Below, one piece after another: positions 11,473 through 21,252 of a DNA stretch of 64,000 nt (position 1 is the first letter of the stretch; each line of letters opens with the position of its first letter). Below the pieces are notes generated by a model. That model made no database searches, was not told where the DNA came from, and was given only the letters and a program-made list of their open reading frames with translations. A program made the position numbers and the translations under genes. The stretch comes from Gammaproteobacteria bacterium (lineage in GTDB: Bacteria > Pseudomonadota > Gammaproteobacteria > SZUA-140), in the NCBI GenBank assembly GCA_021648525.1, contig JAKISP010000011.1, positions 9,308 to 73,307 on the forward strand, in the 5' to 3' direction.

Positions 11473-12540
11473 TCATTTTAACCCAAGCGGATCGCTCGGG
11501 TCGATATGTGGCTGAAAAGGTTCGTTACGCTGCATGCTGGTGAGCTGGTATACCTTGCCAATCCAGTTGTTGAGCACCGCTTCCGCCGTGTCGTGCCAGG
11601 TGTTATCCAGGTTTTTAGTGATCAATGTTTCAGGAAAAGACGGCACGGCAGTGCCGCTGGCAAGTGCCTTGATGATCTGTAATTGATGCTCTTCCAGAAT
11701 AGCGGCACTCTGTTGTGTGAAGTAGTTATCCGGGACAGGAGGATAATCATCTCGTTTGCTATTAATAAAGAGGCTGACTTCACGTTTATACTCTTTTAAC
11801 AGGCTAATAATGTCGTATTCGGGGTGGCCCTGAAAAAAGACGATGCGAAATAGATCTTCGCTCACCGCAAGGTGTACCCCTGCTTCAGCGCTCTCAACCA
11901 GTACTTTTAGCCCAGCTGATTCAAACTGTTCACGACTGACATTGTTATAACGTGAGTGTGGTATGTCGAAGCGTGTATTGACGCCTGCAACCAGTGGGTG
12001 GTCGCGCTCTACCAGATAGTGAGGGTAGACCCCCCAGCGCTTGGTTCCCATATGATGGCGCTTCTGGCCGTAACGCGCTTGCATCACCGCATGCGTCGCA
12101 AGACAGGAGCAGAGTGTCGAGGTGACATTTTCGTACGCCCATTCGACGATCTCATCCAGCGGTTGCCAGAACGGCTCCATCGCAAGATCAGGCTGGGTGA
12201 CATTGGCACCGGTGATGATCAGCGCATCCAGTCCTTGCTGTTTGATGGTCTCAAAGGTCTCGTAATGCTGGCTGACATGTGCGTGGCTATCTTCACTGCG
12301 TGGTAGCTCCGCCAATGTAAACGGATGCATGTAAAACTGTGCGATCTGATTGGACTCACCTACCAGGCGAAAGAACTGTCGTTCCGTGGCGGAGAGAGCG
12401 GAGTCCGGCATCATGTTCAACAGGCCGATGTGGAGTTCGCGGATATCCTGGTGGAGCGCATTATCACCCGGAATAATCGTCTCACCGGCTTCTTCGAGGC
12501 GCTTAAAAGTGGGCAGCTTACTATTAGCAACTAACGGCAT
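11473..12540 (-). CDS. metA: Homoserine O-acyltransferase, MetA family
   Basis: IGLLNMMP, LIITGA, catalytic Cys in SCLATHA, PHSRYN, FQGHPEY. Confidence 0.9.
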   Translation of the reverse strand: MPLVANSKLPTFKRLEEAGETIIPGDNALHQDIRELHIGLLNMMPDSALSATERQFFRLVGESNQIAQFYMHPFTLAELPRSEDSHAHVSQHYETFETIKQQGLDALIITGANVTQPDLAMEPFWQPLDEIVEWAYENVTSTLCSCLATHAVMQARYGQKRHHMGTKRWGVYPHYLVERDHPLVAGVNTRFDIPHSRYNNVSREQFESAGLKVLVESAEAGVHLAVSEDLFRIVFFQGHPEYDIISLLKEYKREVSLFINSKRDDYPPVPDNYFTQQSAAILEEHQLQIIKALASGTAVPSFPETLITKNLDNTWHDTAEAVLNNWIGKVYQLTSMQRNEPFQPHIDPSDPLGLK

Positions 12541-12549
12541 ATCGGTCTT

Positions 12550-13386
12550 TTAACTCTGTAGTGCTTTCTCAACCAGTGCCACGAAGTCCTGTTCGTTTTG
12601 CACCCTGGCAAGGTCGGTGGTGGTGATGGTGTAGCCGTATTGCTCTGCAATCGCTGCGTAACGCGGAATGCGTGAATAGAACAGGTGTGGGAAGACCCAA
12701 CGTACAAAATCATCAGGATCGATCTGCGCCACATACTCCAGTGAGCGTTCGGTCATGTAGGTGGTGAGTTGTTCGTCGAGGAATGTCTCACGATAATAGA
12801 GAGGCTTGGGATCGAGCTCAGCACGACGGATCAGCTCCCTTTCGTCTTGCTCGGTTGCTTTAATATAGATGATCAGGGTGTTTTCACTCAGTATTCTTAG
12901 CGTTTTTTCATCATCTAACTCGCACATGCTACCGCCAGCATCATTAATGAAATGGTGGTAACCGTAGATCTCCTGCGCTTTGTTGATGAATTCTGGCACA
13001 TCACGCATCGCCAGTACTTCTGCCTGATGGTGTAGCGCCTGACGACGTTTAAACTTCGGCAGCGCCAGTCCTCCCAGCTCAGGATTGCCCAGTTTACCCA
13101 GAAAACTGGCGACTGGCTTAAGATTGTCGACCGAAAGATTATTGGCGATGTAGATTGAGTCGGTACGCAGCAGATCACGGAGAAACTCAACCTGCATCGC
13201 CTGCTGCTTGATATTGTCAAGAATCGGCTCATCCAGATAGCGGGTACCGATGCGGTAATCTCCCGAATAGTGAAACCAGTTGTCACGCAGCATGGTCGAG
13301 AGGCGTGTTTTACCCACACCTGACATCCCCAGCAGCGTGATGCTTTTGTGTTCCCAGTCTCTGAATTCTGCAGTTGTGAGTTTCAC
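12550..13386 (-). CDS. Uncharacterised P-loop NTPase / kinase-like protein, in an operon with metA
   Basis: Walker A GMSGVGKT near the N terminus, NDAGGS motif; 9-bp gap to metA. Start GTG 13386 (ORF extends to 13401). Confidence 0.8.
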   Translation of the reverse strand: MKLTTAEFRDWEHKSITLLGMSGVGKTRLSTMLRDNWFHYSGDYRIGTRYLDEPILDNIKQQAMQVEFLRDLLRTDSIYIANNLSVDNLKPVASFLGKLGNPELGGLALPKFKRRQALHHQAEVLAMRDVPEFINKAQEIYGYHHFINDAGGSMCELDDEKTLRILSENTLIIYIKATEQDERELIRRAELDPKPLYYRETFLDEQLTTYMTERSLEYVAQIDPDDFVRWVFPHLFYSRIPRYAAIAEQYGYTITTTDLARVQNEQDFVALVEKALQS

Positions 13387-13747
13387 CAGCAGGTGCTCCA
13401 AATCAATTAAGGCTAAATTAAAGCCCTATTGTAGAGTAGCTGTGAAAAAGTTTCAGGTGTTTGACTGGATTGGAGCTATCGTTAGTTATTATGGGGCTAT
13501 AGATCATGTTAAAGTGAAAATGGCGCTCTGTCTTGTCATCTCGTCGAAGTGTAATCAGGGAGATTACAGGCTGAATAACACCCCATATTTATCTTGAAAT
13601 ATGAACATTAGATGAGCGAAGGTAAATTAATTGAATTAAAAACGGTTGTGGAAATATTACGCTGCCTGGGTGGCGTTTTCTACCGCCTCGTCAGGCTGGC
13701 TAGAAAGAGACCCAAATTGGGTACAAGGCGAAAAATATGGGTAGATA

Positions 13748-14506
13748 ATGCATTCTAATCAAGAAAAAAATAAAAATAGAGTGGCTCTCATCACTGGTTC
13801 TACTTCGGGTATCGGCAGGGCGATTGCAGAGCAACTCTCTGATGATGGATTTACGATAGCCTTTCATTCAAAGTCATCCGTAACTGAAGGTGAGAGGCTG
13901 GTCAGTCTGCACCAGAATTCAACATATACTCAAGCCGATCTATCTGATCAAAATCAGGTGAAACATTTAATGTCAGATGTCCTGTCTCAACATGGGCGAC
14001 TAGATGTTTTAGTCAATAATGCGGGAATCAATGCGGTGATCCCACATGATTCACTCAAAGAGGCATCTGTTGAAATATGGCGAAATCTCTACGAAGTAAA
14101 TGTTATCGCTCCCTGGATATTAATTTCAGAAGCTGAAAATGCACTTAGAGAATCATCAACTCAAGACTGTCCAAGCAGTATTATAAACATCAGTTCACAT
14201 GCGGGTGTACGCCCTAAGGGGGCATCTATTCCTTATGCTGCAACCAAATCTGCATTGAATCATGTCACTAAACTGTTAGCTTTAAGTTTGTCTCCTGATA
14301 TTCGCGTAAATGCAATTGCACCGGGTCTGGTCGATACCCCAATGACAGAAACATGGGCTGAAGCACATAAATTATGGAAAGAAAAATCCCCGATGGGGCG
14401 TGGTGCTAAACCAGGTGAAATTGCTCATATTGCATCAATGCTTGTTTCAAGCAGCTACCTTACAGGCGAAATCATACTCTCTGATGGCGGTTTAAATCTC
14501 ACATGA
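13748..14506 (+). CDS. Classical short-chain dehydrogenase/reductase
   Basis: TGSTSGIG, NNAG, YAATK, VNAIAPG; AT-richer than its neighbours. Confidence 0.93.
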   Translation: MHSNQEKNKNRVALITGSTSGIGRAIAEQLSDDGFTIAFHSKSSVTEGERLVSLHQNSTYTQADLSDQNQVKHLMSDVLSQHGRLDVLVNNAGINAVIPHDSLKEASVEIWRNLYEVNVIAPWILISEAENALRESSTQDCPSSIINISSHAGVRPKGASIPYAATKSALNHVTKLLALSLSPDIRVNAIAPGLVDTPMTETWAEAHKLWKEKSPMGRGAKPGEIAHIASMLVSSSYLTGEIILSDGGLNLT

Positions 14507-14769
14507 AGATGAATCGCCCAATCATGTGATCGAGCAGAAAAAAGAACTCAACAAATCGCTATGGTGGTTTTATTAAAAATAAGCCAGACAAAATACTCGA
14601 GCCGAGAGCTGCTGATACTAAGCGTTCAAGCGGTAGGAAAATGCCAGAAACACTTAAAATAACATCTCACCATCAGGACGCGATGTGATTCCAGTACCTT
14701 TAAAGCCTTGGGTGAAAAACGCGACAACTACCCGGGAAAACACCGTTTAAAACAGACCATGAATTTTAT

Positions 14770-14793
14770 GGTTCTTCGTAGGTTTGTGTGAAA
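14770..14793 (+). mobile_element. Isolated ISL3-type terminal inverted repeat (probable left end)
   Basis: GGTTCTTCGTAGGTTTGTGTGAAA, 21/24 identical to the IRs at 15064 and 15263-15286. Confidence 0.65.
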
Positions 14794-14968
14794 TATCCGA
14801 CAAAATATCATCCTGGAACCTGGGTATTTTTGCGGGGTAGAGCGCGGCTCAAATGTTTGTGTTTTATTCAAATGACCACCCAGGGGTGATCTATGATAGA
14901 GATGGATGACCGCAGCACATGGAGATTCAGCCTCGCACCGAAACTAAAAAAACTGATATAACAAGCAA

Positions 14969-15051
14969 GTAGCCCGGGCTGAGCTTCCAGCGAAACCCGG
15001 GGAATGTGGCACTGTCCTCCCGGGTTTCGCTGGAAGCTCAGCCTGGGCTAC
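14969..15051. repeat. REP doublet (REPIN-like), GTAG family
   Basis: 33-bp arms at 14969-15001 and 15019-15051 in inverted orientation with 1 mismatch. Each arm is GTAG plus an internal CCCGGG...CCCGGG palindrome. Confidence 0.75.
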
Positions 15052-15063
15052 ATTTATTTTAAA

Positions 15064-15286
15064 GGTTCTTCGTAGAACTGTGTGAAAAGTCATTTATCCA
15101 ACATGCTAACCTACTTTAAATGCCCGATCAGTAATGGGGTGGCTGAGGGATTGAATTCAAAGATTCAAACTGTTAAGGCGAATGCAAGAGGTTATCGTTC
15201 ATTCGACGGCTTCAGAAATAGTATGCTTTTTTACTGCGGGAGGCTGGACATGGCTCCATAGCTTTCACACAGCTCTACGAAGAACC
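15064..15286 (+). mobile_element. Miniature ISL3-family element: 24-bp IRs around a 3' transposase fragment
   Basis: IRs GGTTCTTCGTAGA(A/G)CTGTGTGAAA, 23/24 identical. Interior reads HLSNMLTYFKCPISNGVAEGLNSKIQTVKANARGYRSFDGFRNSMLFYCGRLDMAP*, matching the ISL3 transposase C terminus. Confidence 0.85.
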
Positions 15287-15289
15287 AAT

Positions 15290-16213
15290 TTATTTTATGC
15301 TAGTAGCGGTTGTGGATGAGGCGATGATGAGCGGTAGTGTGCTTGCCAGGGCTGTTTGCCAGCTCGTCGGTTGCAGGCCAAATACTCTTTTAAGATGAGC
15401 ATAATCCAGACGTGAATTTTTAGGGCGCTCTGCAAGGGTTGGATAGGCGCTGGTTGGAATTGGGTGAATCTCTTTTACCGCGAGCGGGATATTGCTTTGT
15501 TCTGCAAGGCGAACTATTTCTGATGCAAAACCGTGCCAGCTGGTTTCGCCGCTACAGCATAGATGGTAGGTGCCACTATTTAATGCGATGGCATCGTCTT
15601 TAAGCTGGTTTAAAATTTGTGCGGTGGCATCGGCGATGAATTCGGCGGATGTTGGCGCGCCAATTTGATCATCAATAATATTTATTTCAGTTTTTTCTGC
15701 GGCAATTCGTAGAATGGTTTTAACAAAGTTATTGCCGTGCTCACCATAGACCCAGGAGGTGCGGAGGATGAGGTGTACGGCTTCTGTGGCTTTGATTGCC
15801 TGCTCGCCTGCGAGCTTGCTTTTGCCGTAAATATTCAGTGGCGCAGGTTTGTCCCCTTCACATCGGGGCTGAGTACCACTGCCATCAAAGACATAGTCGG
15901 TGGAGTAGTGAATTAATGTTGCATTGATGCGCTCGGCCTCTTCGGCAAAAATACCGGGGGCGGTACCATTGATGGCGAAGGCGAGGTCGGCTTCTTTTTC
16001 TGCCTGGTCTACGGCGGTGTAGGCGGCGGCGTTGATGATAATGTCAGGTTTTATTTCTCGGACGCGTTGACGTATTTGTTCGCTATTGGTGAGATCAAGG
16101 GTGGTACGGTCAAAGGCGAAAATCTCATTCTTTTCGCTAAGCGAATGCTGCAGTGCTGAGCCTACCTGACCGTTGGCTCCGCTGAGTAAAATTCCTGGTC
16201 TGGATGACGGCAT
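15290..16213 (-). CDS. rfbD: dTDP-4-dehydrorhamnose reductase
   Basis: GANGQVG, NAAAYTAVD, STDYVFDG, YGKSK, RPKNS. Confidence 0.96.
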   Translation of the reverse strand: MPSSRPGILLSGANGQVGSALQHSLSEKNEIFAFDRTTLDLTNSEQIRQRVREIKPDIIINAAAYTAVDQAEKEADLAFAINGTAPGIFAEEAERINATLIHYSTDYVFDGSGTQPRCEGDKPAPLNIYGKSKLAGEQAIKATEAVHLILRTSWVYGEHGNNFVKTILRIAAEKTEINIIDDQIGAPTSAEFIADATAQILNQLKDDAIALNSGTYHLCCSGETSWHGFASEIVRLAEQSNIPLAVKEIHPIPTSAYPTLAERPKNSRLDYAHLKRVFGLQPTSWQTALASTLPLIIASSTTATSIK

Positions 16214-16773
16214 TATTTTTCTTTGTAGCGTGGCAGGCGTTTTTGATCGATCTTGTTGAGTGGCCGGGCCTGTCGATCTTTTTCGGATAGTTGTGGTTGT
16301 TCGCTGGGCCAGGTAATACCAATGTCGCTATCATTCCATAAGATACTCATTTCGCTTTCTGGATGATATAGCTCGCTGCATTTGTAGGTAAAGAGCGCCT
16401 CATCACTGGTGACGCAGAAGCCGTGGGCGAAACCAGCGGGAATATAAAGTTGATGTTTGTTTTGTTCTGACAGGGTGATGCCGACCCATTGTCCAAAATG
16501 GGGGGAACCTACCCGCACATCAACGACGACATCAAATACTTCACCTTGCAGTACTGATGCTAATTTTCCCTGCCCATGAGGGTACTGCAGATGTAGTCCG
16601 CGCAATGTGCCTTGTTTTGACAATGAGAGATTGTCTTGCACAAAGGGGCCAGGAACCCCTGCTTGTTGATAACGGGTATGGTGATAGCTCTCTACAAAAT
16701 AGCCGCGTTCGTCACCAAATACTTTGGGTTTGATGATGAGTACGCCGGGTAGTGATGATTCAATGACGTCCAT
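16213..16773 (-). CDS. rfbC: dTDP-4-dehydrorhamnose 3,5-epimerase
   Basis: FGDERGYF, QDNLSLS, LRGLH, GFAHGF. Confidence 0.96.
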   Translation of the reverse strand: MDVIESSLPGVLIIKPKVFGDERGYFVESYHHTRYQQAGVPGPFVQDNLSLSKQGTLRGLHLQYPHGQGKLASVLQGEVFDVVVDVRVGSPHFGQWVGITLSEQNKHQLYIPAGFAHGFCVTSDEALFTYKCSELYHPESEMSILWNDSDIGITWPSEQPQLSEKDRQARPLNKIDQKRLPRYKEK

Positions 16774-16775
16774 GG

Positions 16776-17648
16776 TTAGTGGTGTTTCTCAAGTAGTGAT
16801 AGTAGATAGGTGCCGTATTGGCTATTGCTGAGTGGTTGAGCTAATTGTGCCAGTTGTTGGTTGTCGATGTATCCCATGCGCCAGGCAATCTCTTCGGGGC
16901 AGGCAATTTTCACAGCCTGCCGCTCTTCAATCATCTGAATAAAGTGCCCTGCCTGCAGCAATGATTCATGCGTACCGGTGTCGAGCCATGCCATACCCCG
17001 GCCCAGTACTTCGATTTTTAACTGCTTACGATTGAGATAGGCACGATTAACATCGGTGATCTCAAGTTCGCCGCGTGGTGATGGTTTGAGTTGTCTGGCG
17101 ATTTCGACCACTTGATTATCATAGAAGTAAAGGCCAGTAACAGCAATGTTGGAGGGCGGGTTTTGTGGTTTTTCTAAAATATCGTTGACGTTTCCCTGCT
17201 TATCAAACGACACAACGCCGTATCGTTGTGGGTCTCTGACTGTATAGCCAAAAATGGTCGCCCCTTCTTTTATTGTTGCCGCATTTTGCAGTAGTTTTGA
17301 TAGTTTGTGGCCGTAATAGAGATTGTCGCCTAGAATCAGACAGACGTTGTCATGACCAATAAATCCCTCGCCGATGATAAAGGCCTGTGCGAGCCCTTCT
17401 GGTTCTGGTTGTTCAGCGTAGTTAAGAGAGATGCCCCATGTTGAGCCATCACCTAGCAGTTGCTGGAATAGTGGTAGATCCCGCGGTGTGCTGATAATTA
17501 AAATATCGGTGATACCGGCAAGCATTAGCGTGCTCAGTGGATAGTAAATCATTGGTTTGTCATAAACAGGTAGCAGTTGCTTACTGACGACCTTAGTGAC
17601 AGGGTGTAAGCGGGTGCCACTGCCGCCTGCTAAAATGATGCCTTTCAT
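16776..17648 (-). CDS. rfbA: Glucose-1-phosphate thymidylyltransferase
   Basis: [37 protein letters not shown]. Confidence 0.97.
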   Translation of the reverse strand: MKGIILAGGSGTRLHPVTKVVSKQLLPVYDKPMIYYPLSTLMLAGITDILIISTPRDLPLFQQLLGDGSTWGISLNYAEQPEPEGLAQAFIIGEGFIGHDNVCLILGDNLYYGHKLSKLLQNAATIKEGATIFGYTVRDPQRYGVVSFDKQGNVNDILEKPQNPPSNIAVTGLYFYDNQVVEIARQLKPSPRGELEITDVNRAYLNRKQLKIEVLGRGMAWLDTGTHESLLQAGHFIQMIEERQAVKIACPEEIAWRMGYIDNQQLAQLAQPLSNSQYGTYLLSLLEKHH

Positions 17649-18706
17649 GGTGTTCTCTCCAGTCCTAATCGTTCACCGCGGTAGCTGCCATCTAGTATAT
17701 GCTGCCACCAGTCACTATTGTTAAGGTACCACTGCACTGTTTTGCGCAGACCAGAGTGGAAATTTTCCTGTGGTTGCCAGTTTAGTTCATTAGCAATTTT
17801 GCTGGCATCAATCGCATAACGAAGGTCGTGCCCTGGTCTGTCTTTGACAAACGTGACTAGTGAGTCGTGCGGTTTGTGAGGTGAATCTGGCAGTAGTTCA
17901 TCGAGTAGTTCGCAGATGCTTTGTACTACTTCCAGATTGGTTTTCTCATTGTGCCCTCCAATGTTATAGCTTTGCCCTGGGCGGCCGTGAGAGAGTACAT
18001 TGAATAGTGCTCGCGCATGGTCGTCAACGTAGAGCCAGTCACGTACATTCGCACCATCACCATAGACGGGTAGCGGGTCTCCTCGCATTGCTTTGAGAAT
18101 GATGAGTGGAATCAGTTTTTCTGGAAATTGACAGGGGCCATAGTTATTCGAGCAGTTACTCATCACTACGGGCAGGCCGTAGGTGTGATGCCAGGCGTTA
18201 ACTAGATGGTCTGATGATGCCTTGCTGGCTGAGTATGGCGAGCTGGGCTGGTACGGGGTTGTTTCACTGAAATACCCTGTTTCACCCAGTGAGCCAAAGA
18301 CCTCGTCGGTTGAAATGTGATGAAAGCGGAAGCATTTTTTTGCTGCTTCGTCTAGTTGTTGCCAATAGTTGAGCGTCTGTTGTAGCAACACATAGGTACC
18401 GACGATATTGGTTTGAATAAATTCGGATGGCCCTTCTATGGAGCGGTCAACATGGGACTCCGCTGCCAGATGCATGATGGCATCAGGTTTGTGCTGCTTA
18501 AGTATTGACGCGATTTTTTTGCCGTCGCAGATATCAGTTTGTTCAAAGTGATAGCGGGAAGAGGTTGTCACCTCACTCAGTGATTCGAGATTTCCTGCAT
18601 AAGTAAGTTTGTCTACATTAATAACGGTTACATCACGTTCTTTGATTAACAGTCGTATTAATGCAGAGCCAATAAATCCTGCGCCACCGGTTACCAGTAA
18701 TTTCAT
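17645..18706 (-). CDS. rfbB: dTDP-glucose 4,6-dehydratase
   Basis: [37 protein letters not shown]. Confidence 0.97.
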   Translation of the reverse strand: MKLLVTGGAGFIGSALIRLLIKERDVTVINVDKLTYAGNLESLSEVTTSSRYHFEQTDICDGKKIASILKQHKPDAIMHLAAESHVDRSIEGPSEFIQTNIVGTYVLLQQTLNYWQQLDEAAKKCFRFHHISTDEVFGSLGETGYFSETTPYQPSSPYSASKASSDHLVNAWHHTYGLPVVMSNCSNNYGPCQFPEKLIPLIILKAMRGDPLPVYGDGANVRDWLYVDDHARALFNVLSHGRPGQSYNIGGHNEKTNLEVVQSICELLDELLPDSPHKPHDSLVTFVKDRPGHDLRYAIDASKIANELNWQPQENFHSGLRKTVQWYLNNSDWWQHILDGSYRGERLGLERTP

Positions 18707-18866
18707 TTTTTTAGGTTATTTGAATAGAAAGTCACCCCAGGTTGAAGTCCCCCGAGAAGCTTGTATGAACTTAAAATACTAGCATGGCTATTGCTAATGC
18801 AGCAAGGAATGGCCGCCGTCGAGTGGCGCAGGGTACGGGGTTGATCGAGGTGGTCTTTGTGTGATG

Positions 18867-18896
18867 AAACTGGGCCATTATTGATGGGCCCAGTTT
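18867..18896. terminator. Hairpin / terminator after metF
   Basis: AAACTGGGCC ... GGCCCAGTTT, perfect 10-bp stem next to the metF stop. Confidence 0.6.
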
Positions 18897-18899
18897 TTG

Positions 18900-19757
18900 T
18901 TACTGTTTGCCTGCTATGTTGAGGTTATGCCACAATTTCTGCGTTGGTTTAGTCTGATTCATGGTGTAGAAATGAAAACCGGGTGCGCCGTTGTCGAGTA
19001 GCTTTTGGCACATTTCGGTCACCACTTCTTCGCCAAAGGCGACTAGCGATACCTTGTCATCGCCGTAACCCTCTAGCCGTTTTGCAATCCAGCGTGGTAT
19101 CTCTGCGCCGCACATATCTGAGAAGCGTTTGAGATTGCTGTAGTTGGTGATCGGCATGATACCGGGAATGATCGGGATATCGACGCCGAGTTTTTCACAG
19201 TCATCGACAAAGCGAAAATAGGCATCGGTATTGTAGAAGTACTGTGTGATCGCTGCATTTGCCCCCGCTTTGACCTTGCGGGCAAAATTTACCATGTCTA
19301 GCTGCGCGTTGGGTGCCTGTGGGTGGAACTCCGGATAGGCGGCGACCTCGATATGAAAGTGATCGCCGGTTTCACTGCGAATAAATTCGACCAGTTCATT
19401 GGCATAGCGGAATTCACCGGTTTCACGCATGCCAGAGGGCATATCGCCACGTAATGCGACGATGCGTTTAACGCCAATCCCAACGTAACCATTGAGCAGT
19501 TCGCGAATCCCTTCCGCTGTCGAGCCGATGCAGGAGAGGTGCGGCGCTGCTGCATAACCTTTTTCCTGAATCGCTTTTACCGTATCGAAAGTGCCTTCCT
19601 GCGTACTGCCACCGGCACCAAAGGTGACCGAGAAGTAGGCTGGATTTAACGTGGCCAATTCTGCCAGGGTTTTGCGCAGGTTCTCCACTCCCTTTTCTGT
19701 TTTGGGTGGGAAGAACTCGCAGCTAAAGTTTTGTGGATGTTTTTTTTGCGTGTTCAT
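18900..19757 (-). CDS. metF: 5,10-methylenetetrahydrofolate reductase
   Basis: SCEFFPPK, SVTFGAGG, VALRGD, AAYPEFHP, AITQYF, HFYTMN. Confidence 0.97.
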   Translation of the reverse strand: MNTQKKHPQNFSCEFFPPKTEKGVENLRKTLAELATLNPAYFSVTFGAGGSTQEGTFDTVKAIQEKGYAAAPHLSCIGSTAEGIRELLNGYVGIGVKRIVALRGDMPSGMRETGEFRYANELVEFIRSETGDHFHIEVAAYPEFHPQAPNAQLDMVNFARKVKAGANAAITQYFYNTDAYFRFVDDCEKLGVDIPIIPGIMPITNYSNLKRFSDMCGAEIPRWIAKRLEGYGDDKVSLVAFGEEVVTEMCQKLLDNGAPGFHFYTMNQTKPTQKLWHNLNIAGKQ

Positions 19758-19780
19758 CTGGATGTTCCTCTGTCGATTAA

Positions 19781-19810
19781 AACGAAAACGGGGTGGTCGC
19801 CCACCCCGTT
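19781..19810 (-). terminator. Intrinsic terminator between ahcY and metF
   Basis: AACGGGGTGG-GCGA-CCACCCCGTT followed by a T-rich run on the minus strand. Confidence 0.65.
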
Positions 19811-19824
19811 AGCGATGTGATCGA

Positions 19825-21231
19825 TTAGTAGCGGTAGTGGTCTGGCTTGTATGGGCCTTCCACTGGAACACCGATGTAGTCTGCCTGTTCTTTGCTCAGG
19901 GTGGTCAGGTTGACACCGATTTTTGCCAGATGCAGGCGTGCAACCTCTTCATCCAGATGTTTCGGCAGGATGTGAACGTTGATTGCGTACTGTTCACGAC
20001 GAACGAAAAATTCGATCTGCGCCAGCACCTGGTTGGTGAAAGAGTTAGACATCACAAAGCTAGGATGGCCGGTACCACAACCGAGGTTAACCAGGCGCCC
20101 TTCAGCTAGCATGATGATGCGGTTGCCGCCTGGTAGCTTGATGTGATCAACCTGTGGCTTGATGTTTTCCCATTCATACTGACGCATGCCGTTGATGTCG
20201 ATTTCGTTATCGAAGTGCCCGATGTTACAGACGATCGCCTGATCTTTCATCTGGATCATATGGTCATGCGTGATAATGTCTTTGTTGCCGGTAGTGGTCA
20301 CAAAGATGTCGCCGATTGAAGCCGCTGCATCCATGGTGACAACACGGAAGCCTTCCATCGCGGCCTGCAGTGCGCAGATAGGATCAATTTCGGTAATCAT
20401 GACCGTTGCCCCCAGTCCTTTTAGAGACTGTGCAGAGCCTTTACCGACATCACCGTAGCCAGCAACGATGGCGATTTTTCCTGCGATCATCACATCAGTC
20501 GCACGCTTGATACCATCAACCAGTGATTCACGGCAGCCGTAGAGGTTATCGAACTTGGACTTGGTAACAGAGTCATTAACGTTCATTGCAGGGAATAGCA
20601 GCTCGCCGTTTTCAACCATCTCATACAGGCGGTGTACGCCAGTGGTGGTCTCTTCGGTAACACCCTGAATATTAGCGGCTTGCCTGGTCCAGAACTGGTT
20701 GTCTTCTTTCTGCATGCGCGCTAATACACCGAGGATGCATTTCATCTCTTCGTTGTCTGTGGTCTCGGGGCCAGGAACGACGCCAGTCTTTTCATATTCA
20801 ACGCCTTTGTGAACCAATAGAGTTGAGTCACCGCCATCGTCGAGGATCATGTTGGCGGTTTCACCATTTGGCCATCTAAACGCCTGTTCGGTACACCACC
20901 AGTACTCTTCCAGCGTTTCGCCTTTCCATGCGAAAACGGGTACGCCAGAGACTGCAATCGCTGCGGCAGCATGATCCTGAGTTGAGAAGATGTTGCATGA
21001 TACCCAGCGTACTTCAGCGCCCAGGGCCCTCAGCGTTTCGATCAGGACGGCAGTCTGGATGGTCATGTGCAGGCTGCCCATGATGCGAGCGCCCTTGAGT
21101 GGTTTTTCGGTACCGTATTTTTTGCGCAGTGCCATTAGACCGGGCATTTCGGTCTCGGCGATGTTCATTTCTTTGCGGCCCCACTCGGCTAGTGAGATAT
21201 CGGCGATTTTATAATCGGTAAATTGAGACAT
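19825..21231 (-). CDS. ahcY: Adenosylhomocysteinase
   Basis: [47 protein letters not shown]. Confidence 0.98.
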   Translation of the reverse strand: MSQFTDYKIADISLAEWGRKEMNIAETEMPGLMALRKKYGTEKPLKGARIMGSLHMTIQTAVLIETLRALGAEVRWVSCNIFSTQDHAAAAIAVSGVPVFAWKGETLEEYWWCTEQAFRWPNGETANMILDDGGDSTLLVHKGVEYEKTGVVPGPETTDNEEMKCILGVLARMQKEDNQFWTRQAANIQGVTEETTTGVHRLYEMVENGELLFPAMNVNDSVTKSKFDNLYGCRESLVDGIKRATDVMIAGKIAIVAGYGDVGKGSAQSLKGLGATVMITEIDPICALQAAMEGFRVVTMDAAASIGDIFVTTTGNKDIITHDHMIQMKDQAIVCNIGHFDNEIDINGMRQYEWENIKPQVDHIKLPGGNRIIMLAEGRLVNLGCGTGHPSFVMSNSFTNQVLAQIEFFVRREQYAINVHILPKHLDEEVARLHLAKIGVNLTTLSKEQADYIGVPVEGPYKPDHYRY

Positions 21232-21252
21232 TCGTTGTCCTCCAAATTTAAC

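Noticed and set aside
13535-13567. GTCATCTCGTCGAAGTG..GAGATTAC, faintly like the palindromic repeat at 33900
   Set aside because: Too degenerate and short to support as a repeat copy without a genome-wide profile.
13612-13756. 48-aa ORF overlapping the SDR start
   Set aside because: No SD, no recognisable motif; likely chance.
14547-14560. CTCAACAAATCGCT resembling the start of an integron attC site after the SDR
   Set aside because: No complementary GTTRRRY core or L-box pairing downstream, and no integrase.
15052-15298. Target-site duplication for the mini-ISL3
   Set aside because: The 8 bp abutting each IR (ATTTTAAA and AATTTATT) do not match; the shared ATTTATTTTA is offset and AT-rich.
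18707-18866. RfaH ops/JUMPstart element upstream of the rml operon
   Set aside because: No GGCGGTAG-type motif found on the coding strand.
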